Shown piece by piece: positions 36,405 through 45,809 of a stretch of DNA of 64,000 nucleotides (its first letter is position 1; each line of letters begins with the position of its first letter). The stretch spans positions 64,001-128,000 of IMG/VR virus record IMGVR_UViG_3300047552_001889. One strand, 5' to 3'. Origin of the DNA: a virus (taxonomy: Duplodnaviria; Heunggongvirae; Uroviricota; Caudoviricetes). A program made the position numbers and the translations under genes. Below the pieces are notes generated by a model. That model saw nothing but the letters and a program-made list of their open reading frames with translations, did not search any database and was not told the origin of the DNA.

Positions 36405-36974
36405 ATGGAAAATACTAAGAACTTCAAGGTTAGAAAGCGTGGTAAGTACTTTGAAATTGAGTACTTGAAATATAACCCTTCAAACACTACAATTAAGGTT
36501 TATACATCGAGAACTATACTTCACAGCACTAAGCAAGATGCTAAGAAATTTATGACATACATTCTAACTATTGAGCCAATTATGGAAAAAATAATGAGGC
36601 AAATTGGAGTTTCATTTGATGCCAGAAAACTTATATCTATGAGACTTGATTTTATAGACAATTGTGTTCTAGGCATTGAGGCGAGAAGTGGATTTGGAAT
36701 TCATAAGCATGCAGAGCTCATCGTTGACTTTTACAAAAAAAAATATGATGAGGCATTAACAAATGGTCAAGAGATTCTTAAGTCAATTAAAGATAATCCA
36801 GTAGAATACATGTCTAATTGGAAGGTGTTCGATGATTATAAGTTTAAAAACGAACTATACGAACTTGGTCTTGAGCCGCTTGAAGCTTATTATGCAGAAA
36901 GCTCCCTTGACAAGGCTATAAAGAGTGCAGATGAAGCGCTTGAGTGGTTTAAAAAAAATGAAAGAAATGGATAA
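36405..36974 (+). CDS. hypothetical protein
   Basis: Packed ORF. Confidence 0.75.
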   Translation: MENTKNFKVRKRGKYFEIEYLKYNPSNTTIKVYTSRTILHSTKQDAKKFMTYILTIEPIMEKIMRQIGVSFDARKLISMRLDFIDNCVLGIEARSGFGIHKHAELIVDFYKKKYDEALTNGQEILKSIKDNPVEYMSNWKVFDDYKFKNELYELGLEPLEAYYAESSLDKAIKSADEALEWFKKNERNG

Positions 36975-37269
36975 GATAAATATTTTAAATAAGCAAGGAA
37001 TGCTTACTGAAGAGGATAGAAAAGCTCCTCTTGAGCGTGGTCTTAGCCACTTTACATTCAAGACTTGTCTTGACTTGTCTTGCGGTGTTGATGTAATTCC
37101 TTATGGAAATCCACAGAGAGTCTCTATTGACCATTATTCACAGGATGTTGCAAGCTTCATTACATTTTGGACACAATTTGTCATGAAAGACCTGAATGGG
37201 TTCTCTGGGTTTAGCCATGTGAAGTTCAGACTTCATGGCGAATTTGAGTTGGTTGATACTAATAAGTAA
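36967..37269 (+). CDS. hypothetical protein
   Basis: Start moved to ATG 36967. Confidence 0.7.
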   Translation: MDKINILNKQGMLTEEDRKAPLERGLSHFTFKTCLDLSCGVDVIPYGNPQRVSIDHYSQDVASFITFWTQFVMKDLNGFSGFSHVKFRLHGEFELVDTNK

Positions 37270-37272
37270 GAA

Positions 37273-37566
37273 ATGGGAGAAATCGCAGATATGTATGAGG
37301 ATTATGCCTACGCAGAAATGGCACAATTCGAAGCCGAGCAAAAGCATCGTGAAGAGAGGGCTAAAGAAATGGAGCGTGAGTACATGCTTGGTATTTTAAA
37401 GTGGGGCTCTCTAAGTGGACCAGTCTTTGTAATCAGTATGACTGATGAGCACATTGCCAACTGTATCGAGATGATTAAACGAAATGAGTTTGCAAATGGT
37501 GAAATTAGCCACAAGTGGGTTGAATTATTTGGAATTGAACTAGAAAAAAGAAAAGCAAAGCAATGA
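37273..37566 (+). CDS. hypothetical protein
   Basis: MGEIADM start; MTDEHIANCI motif. Confidence 0.75.
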   Translation: MGEIADMYEDYAYAEMAQFEAEQKHREERAKEMEREYMLGILKWGSLSGPVFVISMTDEHIANCIEMIKRNEFANGEISHKWVELFGIELEKRKAKQ

Positions 37567-37913
37567 ATTCTTACCTAAGATTATTTTTTGGACTTTCAAT
37601 GATTTCACCATTGGTGTTCGCCTATTGGTCTCTTGACTTTGATAACTGGACTGCATTCTGGATTACATTTATAATGTATTCAATCTTGTACTCATTAGCA
37701 GTCATGATGTTCAACTATTTGCAGAATGGAAATCCATTTGTCTTTGAGCCAGGAAGAAAGTGGGAACTATATAAGGAGAATCAGGTTATGGATGAAACCC
37801 AGTTCCATCCTCTCTGGGGCATGGGCGTTATTAATAGAAAAGTAATTGCTGACATTTATCGCAAGAAGCAAAGAAACGGAATATATAAGTACAAGACAAT
37901 CGTAAAGAGCTAA
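37563..37913 (+). CDS. membrane protein
   Basis: Two N-terminal TM segments. Confidence 0.7.
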   Translation: MNSYLRLFFGLSMISPLVFAYWSLDFDNWTAFWITFIMYSILYSLAVMMFNYLQNGNPFVFEPGRKWELYKENQVMDETQFHPLWGMGVINRKVIADIYRKKQRNGIYKYKTIVKS

Positions 37914-37917
37914 AATT

Positions 37918-38244
37918 ATGAAAGTTAGACCATTAACCAAAATACTTCTTGTCTTATTGCTTTTTTCATTTCTTGGGAACATTAGCCAGTGCTCGGTTTC
38001 TTCTGATTTTGATACAGAAAAGGAGATGCTTGAAGCAGAGAGTCTTGAGCTTGAGTTTAAAGTACTGGAGGTTCAAAAGGAGAATGTAAGACTTCAAAAG
38101 AAGATTAACTTACTTGAACAGAAGAAGACATTGGTTCCAGATAAGAAAGTATACAAGAAAACTGTTCAACCATCAGATACAATTCCTAAAAAGGACTCAA
38201 CAAAGATTTTATCTCCAGAGGTTTCTGATACAACAAAATTTTGA
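37918..38244 (+). CDS. secreted/membrane-anchored coiled-coil protein
   Basis: N-terminal hydrophobic segment, coiled coil. Confidence 0.7.
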   Translation: MKVRPLTKILLVLLLFSFLGNISQCSVSSDFDTEKEMLEAESLELEFKVLEVQKENVRLQKKINLLEQKKTLVPDKKVYKKTVQPSDTIPKKDSTKILSPEVSDTTKF

Positions 38245-39056
38245 GGATGAAAGTAAAAACATTTCAGTTTAAGGCAGAGGGCTTTGGCCCATTGGTTTAT
38301 AGAACAAAGGATAATGTCACACACTATTATCAATACTACGGACATCCTTGGACCAAGATGGGCGATGAATCTCATAATCTACACCTTGTAGTTGATGAAT
38401 TTCTCAAGGATGATGTTGTAATTCATATTCCAACTGGATACATCTCTAAGTGTAGCGGATTCAATATTGATGCTGCATATCTTGAAAGTGGTCAATTCTG
38501 GAGAAAGGACTGTAAGAAACTGGTTGCTACAACAGACCAAAAAGTTAATGAAAAATACGGAATTCCACTTGTTGGTGATGATATTGTTAAGGAATATGCA
38601 TACCAGGACCAGTATGATGGTCTTGAGGAAGTTGAGCTTGTAACTGAGAGTATCTACATAGAACCAGAAGGTATTCACTCAAACAGAGGAGGGTTTATAG
38701 ATGTTCCCAAGCTGAATGAAGATGGAGAGGTAATCATGGCTCAGAAGCCAGTTGATTTTGTGGATTGGAATAAATTTACAATTGATGAGCTAATTGCTTA
38801 TCTTGAAGAGAATTTTAAGTTTGATAGTAGTGGAACAGCAAAGGCGGTTCATGAGCTAATCAGAGCCTATAGAGACAAGGATTTTTCTAACAGAATTGAA
38901 TTATATGAAAAAGATAAAGAGATTGGGTGGATTAAGGAAAGAATTATAAGTGAGAAGAAGAAACATGAAGCTGCTGGTCTCGAATGGGAGTTAATAGCTG
39001 CAACTAAGATTTTTTCAACTCTTAATCATAGAAGACAAAAAGGTAATAAACAATAA
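38241..39056 (+). CDS. hypothetical protein
   Basis: Long packed ORF. Confidence 0.8.
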   Translation: MRMKVKTFQFKAEGFGPLVYRTKDNVTHYYQYYGHPWTKMGDESHNLHLVVDEFLKDDVVIHIPTGYISKCSGFNIDAAYLESGQFWRKDCKKLVATTDQKVNEKYGIPLVGDDIVKEYAYQDQYDGLEEVELVTESIYIEPEGIHSNRGGFIDVPKLNEDGEVIMAQKPVDFVDWNKFTIDELIAYLEENFKFDSSGTAKAVHELIRAYRDKDFSNRIELYEKDKEIGWIKERIISEKKKHEAAGLEWELIAATKIFSTLNHRRQKGNKQ

Positions 39057-39068
39057 CAAATTGTTTTT

Positions 39069-39398
39069 ATGAAAAGAAATATTGAAAATGAAATTTATAA
39101 TTCAATAATTGGTCTTTGTGAACAAAAAGAACACGAAGGTATTTATCGTGGTAATGGTCATCACTTAGCACAGGCTTTGTGTGTTAAAATTGCAGAAGGA
39201 TTATTATCAAAAAAACAAAAGACAATTTATAATTCTTTAACCAATATACCACAGACTACAAAAGAAATAGGAAATAATTGCGGAATTGACAGCAAAAATG
39301 TATCTTCTCAATTATTGCAAATTTGTAAATCTACATCTTTAATTGCTTTTAAAAATAATGGCAGAATTAAATTGTGGTATCGTTATTATCAAGTATAA
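39069..39398 (+). CDS. possible winged-helix DNA-binding protein (AT-rich gene)
   Basis: C-terminal QTTKEIGNNCGIDSKNVSSQL helix-turn-helix-like segment. Confidence 0.5.
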   Translation: MKRNIENEIYNSIIGLCEQKEHEGIYRGNGHHLAQALCVKIAEGLLSKKQKTIYNSLTNIPQTTKEIGNNCGIDSKNVSSQLLQICKSTSLIAFKNNGRIKLWYRYYQV

Positions 39399-39400
39399 TT

Positions 39401-40030
39401 ATGGAAGGAATTGAAATTATAAAAAATAACCCTATTCTTCAAAAGGCATTTAACTTCATAATGAAGAATAACTCTTCAAATTATATGCCTTATCATAACT
39501 TAAATCACTTGCTCACAGTTCTCAAGTACTCTGAGTATATTGCAAAGGGTGAGGGTATTTACTTTGACAGAAGGCTTCCTCTTCACCTAGGGGCTCTATT
39601 CCATGATGTTGACCACCTTGGTGGAAAGCAGAAGAGTGATGATGAAAACATCACTAGAGCAATTGAAGCTTTCACAAGGTTTGTTGAGTATTCAAAGTGT
39701 GTAACGCTTGATGTAGCTGAGAAGACAATTCTAATTATAGAAGCAACAAGGTTTCCATATAAGGAACCACATTCATCTATTGAGGATAAGCTTAAGATGA
39801 TTATTCGAGATGCTGACCTTATGCAGCAGTTTGAGTACAACTGGATTGGTCAAACAACTCTTGGATTGGCAATGGAAGCGGGAATGTCTATTGAGGAATT
39901 TGTTCCTAAGCAGCGACTATTCCTTGAGGAAATGAAGTTCCTTACCAAGACCGCCAGGAAGTTTAAGGAAAAGAACTGGAGTCAAATTATGGAGGAGTTT
40001 AGAATCCTTGAGGTTTCACTTGAATTATAA
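39401..40030 (+). CDS. HD-domain phosphohydrolase
   Basis: PYHNLNH, LFHD, DADL; start moved to ATG 39401. Confidence 0.85.
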   Translation: MEGIEIIKNNPILQKAFNFIMKNNSSNYMPYHNLNHLLTVLKYSEYIAKGEGIYFDRRLPLHLGALFHDVDHLGGKQKSDDENITRAIEAFTRFVEYSKCVTLDVAEKTILIIEATRFPYKEPHSSIEDKLKMIIRDADLMQQFEYNWIGQTTLGLAMEAGMSIEEFVPKQRLFLEEMKFLTKTARKFKEKNWSQIMEEFRILEVSLEL

Positions 40031-40036
40031 ATTAAC

Positions 40037-40426
40037 ATGAATTACTTGCTAGTATTTAACACAGATGGTAAGCACTATCTGATAATGAGAGAATCTGAAG
40101 AATTTGGCGGATATGCTATTGCTGCCTATACTTCAAAAGAAGAAGTGATGAATTGCTTCAGCAGCTTCACTTCTGGTTGGACAGCTGGTCTTGAGAGAAG
40201 TACATCTTGCACCATCGCCATGATGAATATGCAGCCTGTTGCAATTAAAGCTCCAGATGATGTTGAAGATATTAAAAAATACATCATTGAGGAAAAGATG
40301 TATCATGTAACTGGTGGAGCTATGCTTGGGGGTTATCACGGTATTCCAGTTACAAAAGAAATCCTTGAATTAAAAGAATTTGAAGTGTGGAGCGAATCAA
40401 TGAAGCTTGCAGGTATTAAAAGTTAA
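40037..40426 (+). CDS. hypothetical protein
   Basis: Packed ORF. Confidence 0.75.
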   Translation: MNYLLVFNTDGKHYLIMRESEEFGGYAIAAYTSKEEVMNCFSSFTSGWTAGLERSTSCTIAMMNMQPVAIKAPDDVEDIKKYIIEEKMYHVTGGAMLGGYHGIPVTKEILELKEFEVWSESMKLAGIKS

Positions 40427-40432
40427 CAAATT

Positions 40433-40699
40433 ATGGAAAGACGTGATTGCTGTGAAGTCATAAGAAAAATGATGGAGCACCTACCAGAAGAAAAAAAAGA
40501 GTTTAAGGCAGACCTTGAATGGAATCTTGAAGACGCAAGCTTTAAGGCTCCAGAAGAAACTTTGCAGTGGAACAGGACAATGCAAACTCTTGAGAAGCAT
40601 ATACCGAAGCCAAGTGAGGACTGGGAATACGAAATGCTGAGCATTTTTACAACCAGAAGCATTAATGAGCTGAAGGAAATGGTTGAGTCCAATAAATAA
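40433..40699 (+). CDS. hypothetical protein
   Basis: Packed ORF. Confidence 0.75.
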   Translation: MERRDCCEVIRKMMEHLPEEKKEFKADLEWNLEDASFKAPEETLQWNRTMQTLEKHIPKPSEDWEYEMLSIFTTRSINELKEMVESNK

Positions 40700-40704
40700 C
40701 CAAT

Positions 40705-40733
40705 TGAAACTTTCAGCAAATTTTTGCGTATAA
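40705..40733 (+). promoter_or_regulatory. ECF-type promoter TGAAAC-N16-CGTATAA
   Basis: Exact motif. Confidence 0.8.
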
Positions 40734-40751
40734 TCAAGTAAAGATAATTAC

Positions 40752-41438
40752 ATGATTGGATTTTTCATTTATTTATTTAAAGCTTTTTTTTCTAAAAAAG
40801 AAGCGAATAACCATCCTAAAACGGTTAAGGAACAGTTAGAGGAAAAAAGACTTAAGAAAATTGAGAAGTGGAAGGAGTATGCCGAGAAATTGGTGATTGA
40901 AAGTGGTATAGACCTGGAGAATGTCCTAGTTCACAACCTTGGAAGGTGGGGGCTTGCTGGCTCAAGAGCATATTCAATAAATAACTTTTGTGTAATGTAT
41001 TCTTCAAGGGAACATGGAGAGCTTAAATTTCCTCTACCCAGTCCAGATAAGCCATTCATAATTGTCCCTGAGATTGTTGATAGCTGGACATTCAGAGCAT
41101 GGGTTCATGAAATTGGCCACTATGTAAATGGTCACTATGATGAAGTTAAAAAAAAGAGGTTCATCCAAGAATATGAGGCTGAAAAATTCTGCTTCGATAA
41201 GTGCTCTGAGTCAGGCGTTGTTGATAGTTATGATTTAATAGACATAAAGTACAGTGCTATCGCATACTTGGATTCACACATAGACAAAGCAATTGAATTA
41301 AAGGATATTAGGTACATTGAGGACATTCCTCAAGAAGTTCTTGACTTCCTATACATGGCTGACTGCATGAAGGAAGAGATAGAAAAAAAGAACTTACCAT
41401 CTAGCGAGCAACTCTCCAGAGAAATTGCCTCGTGGTAA
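40752..41438 (+). CDS. putative zinc metallopeptidase (HExxH)
   Basis: WVHEIGHYVNGH...EYEAE. Confidence 0.6.
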   Translation: MIGFFIYLFKAFFSKKEANNHPKTVKEQLEEKRLKKIEKWKEYAEKLVIESGIDLENVLVHNLGRWGLAGSRAYSINNFCVMYSSREHGELKFPLPSPDKPFIIVPEIVDSWTFRAWVHEIGHYVNGHYDEVKKKRFIQEYEAEKFCFDKCSESGVVDSYDLIDIKYSAIAYLDSHIDKAIELKDIRYIEDIPQEVLDFLYMADCMKEEIEKKNLPSSEQLSREIASW

Positions 41439-41440
41439 TG

Positions 41441-41469
41441 TGTAACATTTTTAAAATTTTATCGTAGAA
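41441..41469 (+). promoter_or_regulatory. ECF-type promoter variant TGTAAC-N16-CGTAGAA
   Basis: One mismatch; upstream of ATG 41476. Confidence 0.7.
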
Positions 41470-41475
41470 TATCTT

Positions 41476-41958
41476 ATGGAACACCTATCACATAGAACCA
41501 AAGAATTTGTATTAACTCTTTATAAAGCACCAAAGAAGTGCTTGGAGGACCTTGATGTCTTTAAATCACTTCTTGAGTCTCTAAGAGAAACTGCATCTAA
41601 GAAAACTCACTATCACAATCTGAATGAGTGGAGTGATAAGGTTTATGATTTTGTTCACAATAAGCTAAGCGAGAACGGATTCAAGAATGGAGACCCAGAG
41701 GCCAATGACAAAAACCCAGGAGCAAGATTCTGGTGGCATGTGTATGGCATTGTTGGTGGTATTCACTACTCCAAACATCTTAAGACAGATGTTGCAAATC
41801 ATCACTCAAGTGCATACGAGAGAAACGAGGCTCTTATTGCTGAGATTGAGGATGTTCTAAGTTATGCACCTTCTCAGTTTGAGCTAGGATTTTGTGAAAC
41901 ATGCCTACAGATGACCAATCATCTTGATGGGGTTTGTCAAAAATGCAAAAAACAATAA
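41476..41958 (+). CDS. hypothetical protein with C-terminal Zn ribbon
   Basis: CETC...CQKC. Confidence 0.75.
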   Translation: MEHLSHRTKEFVLTLYKAPKKCLEDLDVFKSLLESLRETASKKTHYHNLNEWSDKVYDFVHNKLSENGFKNGDPEANDKNPGARFWWHVYGIVGGIHYSKHLKTDVANHHSSAYERNEALIAEIEDVLSYAPSQFELGFCETCLQMTNHLDGVCQKCKKQ

Positions 41959-41959
41959 T

Positions 41960-42271
41960 ATGGCCAGCGTAATTCAAAAATATAAGAAACTCTATAAGAA
42001 GCTTAAGGACCTTGAGCTTCAGAAATCGTTTATTCTAATTGACTTGGACTTATATGTCACCTCAAGAAAGAATATGATTCGTTCACGTTCTGTTTTGATT
42101 AATAGAAACTATGCTTCTGAAAAGATAGTGGTTTCAAATAAGGATTTGAATGAGCTTGAGTGTATTATTAGTAAGCAAACTGCAAATATTGCTGAGTGCT
42201 ATAAGTTGCTTAAGGAAAACAAGAATCAGACTTCTGTTGTCAAAATAAAATTGTCAATGCTCGTAAAATAA
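41960..42271 (+). CDS. hypothetical protein
   Basis: Start moved to ATG 41960. Confidence 0.65.
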   Translation: MASVIQKYKKLYKKLKDLELQKSFILIDLDLYVTSRKNMIRSRSVLINRNYASEKIVVSNKDLNELECIISKQTANIAECYKLLKENKNQTSVVKIKLSMLVK

Positions 42272-42276
42272 AAGCT

Positions 42277-42513
42277 ATGTCAGAGTGGAAAAGCACAAAC
42301 TATCACGGGCATGTTCAGTCCGATGATTCTATAAAATTAGAAAACGGTAAGTGGTATGAAATAGGGTTCCAGCTTCAATTCCCGTCTGATAAAAATTTTG
42401 GACATCAAGGAATTTTGATGTACAATGATGGATTCTTTGACGAGAATGGTTATCACTTGAAGCCATTTCCAACTCACGCAAGAGAGATAGTGTTGACAGA
42501 GCCAGTGATTTAA
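42277..42513 (+). CDS. hypothetical protein
   Basis: Packed ORF. Confidence 0.65.
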   Translation: MSEWKSTNYHGHVQSDDSIKLENGKWYEIGFQLQFPSDKNFGHQGILMYNDGFFDENGYHLKPFPTHAREIVLTEPVI

Positions 42514-42514
42514 T

Positions 42515-42712
42515 ATGACAACTAGCGAGGATAATAGCACCAAGACTGTTGAGCTCCAGATAATGTATTTTTTAATTGAAGAATTGAAAATCACCAGTGA
42601 TGAAGTGTCTAAGATGACACTATCTGAAAGAATGAGCACAATAGAGAGGCGAGATGTCTCTAAGTGGAATGAATTTAGGAAAGGACTCAGACAGTCTGGG
42701 TACATAATTTAA
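42515..42712 (+). CDS. hypothetical protein
   Basis: Packed ORF. Confidence 0.6.
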   Translation: MTTSEDNSTKTVELQIMYFLIEELKITSDEVSKMTLSERMSTIERRDVSKWNEFRKGLRQSGYII

Positions 42713-42718
42713 ACAAAG

Positions 42719-42799
42719 ATGCATAAACAGGAAGAAATAATCAGCAAATTAGGAATCGAGGAGGAGATTGTTTGTATCTATCCATCTAGTCTCCAGTAA
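42719..42799 (+). pseudogene. truncated 5' remnant of a nucleotidyltransferase allele
   Basis: MHKQEEIISKLGIEEEIVCIYP aligns to MKHTAEHIIKELGIDEEIIAIYK (43817); similarity ends near 42785 at the endonuclease 3' end. Confidence 0.75.
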
Positions 42800-43740
42800 A
42801 AACCTTTATATTTACTGTTGTTTTTTATAGCTCTTGTGATGGGTCCAGTATTATTATAACCAAGTGAAACTTTTATTTCTTTAACATCATTCCAGATTTT
42901 TAAACAATCTCCGTTAGAATCTATTTGCTTGATATTTGTGTATTTATTTGTTTTGGGAATCCAGTCGCCAACTTCTTGTATTTTATTAATAACCTCTGAA
43001 TTAGATAAATATTCATAACTAAAATAAAAACCTTTAGATTGTTTACAGCTTCCAGAAAGAACAAATCGTATAGACACAGGCTCAATATTTAATTCAGAAG
43101 CACAGCCTCTAATACTATCCCATTCTTTTATTAGATTGCCTTTTAAGTCATATTGATATACAGTTTTTTTAGTATAATCAGAAACAGACCGTCCATTTAT
43201 ATTATTTTCTTTAAATATTTTAGTTATTACACCTCTGCTGATGTTTAATTCTTTACTTATCTCTCTAGTAGTTTTATTAAGTCTATAAAGCTGTATAACA
43301 TTTGATGCCAAAGAATCTCTTAATTTTTTATACTTATCAATTATTTTTTTCTTTTGTTTTTCTGATTGTTTAAATCCAAGATTGCTATCAGCAATCGGCC
43401 TACCATTATATCCTTTGTTAAATGAATCAAAATAATTAATATAATATTGTTCTTTCAATATGCACTCTTCTGGCATACACTCCTCAACAATTTCAAATGA
43501 TAACTTATCTTTCCCATATTTATTAAAAGCGTTTTGTAATGCTGGAGAATGGTGTTTATTATTTTTTAGCAAATAAATATGTTTCCTCCATCTATTATAA
43601 AATCCATTGCCACTTTTTATTTTTGAAGAGTTTGAAGATGCACTTCCAACATATACTTTTTTAGAGCCATCAAATCCTATTTTGTAAATCCCTGTTGTTG
43701 ATGGAAATATTGTAAATTCGTTTATTCTATATCTTTTCAT
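42778..43740 (-). mobile_element. free-standing GIY-YIG homing endonuclease with NUMOD1-like repeats
   Basis: TGIYKI...VYVGS...RW..H...L; VYQYDLKGNLIKEWDSI repeats; only complete - strand gene, very AT-rich. Confidence 0.9.
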
Positions 43741-43816
43741 ACTTTGATTTTATATAAATAGAAAATAAAATCCAAAAGGGTAGGTTGCTATTATTTTTTT
43801 ATATAAATTTGTAAAC

Positions 43817-44440
43817 ATGAAACACACTGCAGAACATATTATTAAAGAATTGGGTATTGATGAAGAAATAATAGCCATTTACAAATATGGGAGTCAAGTC
43901 TATGGAACAGCCTCCAAGTATTCTGACCATGACTACATCCTTGTAGCCAAGAACTCCATGCTTAACAGCGGAGCATTCAAGAACAATGCTGTATCCAGCT
44001 TAGACTATTCAATTCAAGGAACTCTATACTCAAGAGGCGGATTCCAGGATGCAATCAACAACTACAGCATGCCAGCTATGGAATGCCTATCTCTTGCTCA
44101 GGAAGATATTATCCTCAGAAAGTGGCCATTCAAAATACAGAAGTGGGATAATAAGGAGATGATTGATAAGGTCATCCAGCAAGCCTCAGCCTCAAGGCAC
44201 ATTGCTGATAAGCAGGCTAAGACCTCTGATGGTGAATTCAAGGATAGAGCTAAGCGTGGAATGTTCCATGCCCTCAGAATCCTTATGTTTGGGTTGCAGC
44301 TAAAAGAGTATCAGAAGATTGTTGACTTCTCTGCAGCAAATGAGCTTCACTCTAAGATTATGTCAATAGACGATGAAGACTTCGATACAAGAAACTGGTA
44401 TGAACTTTTTGACGAACTTGTAAATAAACTTAAGGGATAA
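43817..44440 (+). CDS. Pol-beta superfamily nucleotidyltransferase
   Basis: YGSQVYGT...SDHD motif. Confidence 0.85.
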   Translation: MKHTAEHIIKELGIDEEIIAIYKYGSQVYGTASKYSDHDYILVAKNSMLNSGAFKNNAVSSLDYSIQGTLYSRGGFQDAINNYSMPAMECLSLAQEDIILRKWPFKIQKWDNKEMIDKVIQQASASRHIADKQAKTSDGEFKDRAKRGMFHALRILMFGLQLKEYQKIVDFSAANELHSKIMSIDDEDFDTRNWYELFDELVNKLKG

Positions 44441-44472
44441 TTTGTTTCTTTATAAAATTATAATTAAATTTG
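44441..44472 (+). promoter_or_regulatory. Bacteroidota sigmaA-type promoter TTTG-N20-TAAATTTG
   Basis: Consensus match upstream of ATG 44480. Confidence 0.7.
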
Positions 44473-44479
44473 CTCCACT

Positions 44480-44899
44480 ATGACAGGTATTGGAGCATTT
44501 TTTTTGATTGTTATTGTAGCTTTGACGGTTAGTCAGATTTTTATAACCAGAGGCTACTTAAGGTATAGAAAGTTATACGCAGAATATAACTACCTATTAA
44601 ACGATTCTGCTGAAAAGGAGAATAAGATACAGGACCTAGTTGATTCTGGATTCTTTGACTCAGCTATATTCAATGTTGATAAGTTCAACGAATGGTTCAA
44701 AAATAATAAGGATAAGAGCATATACGCCCATGCTGGAATCTATCTAAGAACTGACAAGCTCTCCAGAGTTCATATTGATGATTACATTAGTGTTATCACG
44801 AATGGGGTTATATCTGGAAAAGACTTTGAAGAGCTTAAGATATTCAAGTTTGAGGACAAGATAAGAAAAAACTGGATTAAGCAATTACATTCTAAATAA
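44480..44899 (+). CDS. membrane-anchored hypothetical protein
   Basis: N-terminal TM. Confidence 0.75.
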   Translation: MTGIGAFFLIVIVALTVSQIFITRGYLRYRKLYAEYNYLLNDSAEKENKIQDLVDSGFFDSAIFNVDKFNEWFKNNKDKSIYAHAGIYLRTDKLSRVHIDDYISVITNGVISGKDFEELKIFKFEDKIRKNWIKQLHSK

Positions 44900-44915
44900 A
44901 CAAAAATAGAGATAA

Positions 44916-45809
44916 ATGGAGACAAAAGAGAAACACCCACTGGTATTAGGTCCATCTAAGACTGAGAGTGGTTACACAGTATTTAAAAACGTGGACGAAG
45001 AGCTTGTAAGTAAAATAAAAGCATTAAATGTGCCTTCAGAAACATGGATTGAAAGCAACTGGTTATCTGGGGCTAAGGGTGTCTGCAGAATTGATAAAAA
45101 ATTGAATGATAATCAGTTCTTATGTGTTGATGAGCATGGTCATTATTTTGTAAAAGATGCCAACTCATTCGAAGATACAAATAGAAATAATCTTCTAAAT
45201 AAAATAAACAATGAGTTTAGTGTAGCTGACTATCTGAATGAGAACATGAAACTTTTTACTCATTCTGGATATGCACACATAAAATTCTTATCTTCAAAAA
45301 CAGATGAGTCTTATGACGCTCTTGGAAGGGTTTCAAAAACAGAAATTGGATATGAGCTAGATACTTACGATGGTATTACTCTAAAAGAATTATCTGGAAA
45401 ATGGTGCTCTATTATGTTCTGTTTCTTTAATGAAGAAGGAAATATTGAAAACAGAGATTACAACATAGACTTTAAGGATTATTTTGAAAACAAGCCAAAA
45501 ACAAGAGAAGACTTAATAAATGGAATTTCAAGTTTAATTCCTGATGTTGAATATAAGCATGCTGGTAACAAATGGTTCTCAAATAGTTTTGCATTTGTAT
45601 TAGATGAAAGTGGTGATGAAGAAGATGACGAAGATGATAAAGAAGATGATGAAATAATTATATTTCGTCTTAACAAACTTCCTCACAAGAGTGGTGATAA
45701 CTATGGAGATAGATATTATAAGGCAAGAGTTCCATTGAAATTCACAGAAGTAAAAAGAGATAGCATCCTTGAAAGAATTATTCCACTTATTAACAAGCTA
45801 GAAATATAA
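44916..45809 (+). CDS. hypothetical protein with acidic tract
   Basis: DESGDEEDDEDDKEDDE. Confidence 0.8.
   Translation: METKEKHPLVLGPSKTESGYTVFKNVDEELVSKIKALNVPSETWIESNWLSGAKGVCRIDKKLNDNQFLCVDEHGHYFVKDANSFEDTNRNNLLNKINNEFSVADYLNENMKLFTHSGYAHIKFLSSKTDESYDALGRVSKTEIGYELDTYDGITLKELSGKWCSIMFCFFNEEGNIENRDYNIDFKDYFENKPKTREDLINGISSLIPDVEYKHAGNKWFSNSFAFVLDESGDEEDDEDDKEDDEIIIFRLNKLPHKSGDNYGDRYYKARVPLKFTEVKRDSILERIIPLINKLEI

Noticed and set aside
29883-43760. TATTTATA/TATAAATA as a late-promoter class (29883, 31532, 43753)
   Set aside because: An all-A/T octamer is expected repeatedly by chance in this composition; too few aligned sites to support it.
42785-43885. Group I intron carrying the GIY-YIG gene
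   Set aside because: The insert is AT-rich with no recognisable P7/P9 core, the endonuclease is antisense, and the downstream gene has its own complete N-terminus.
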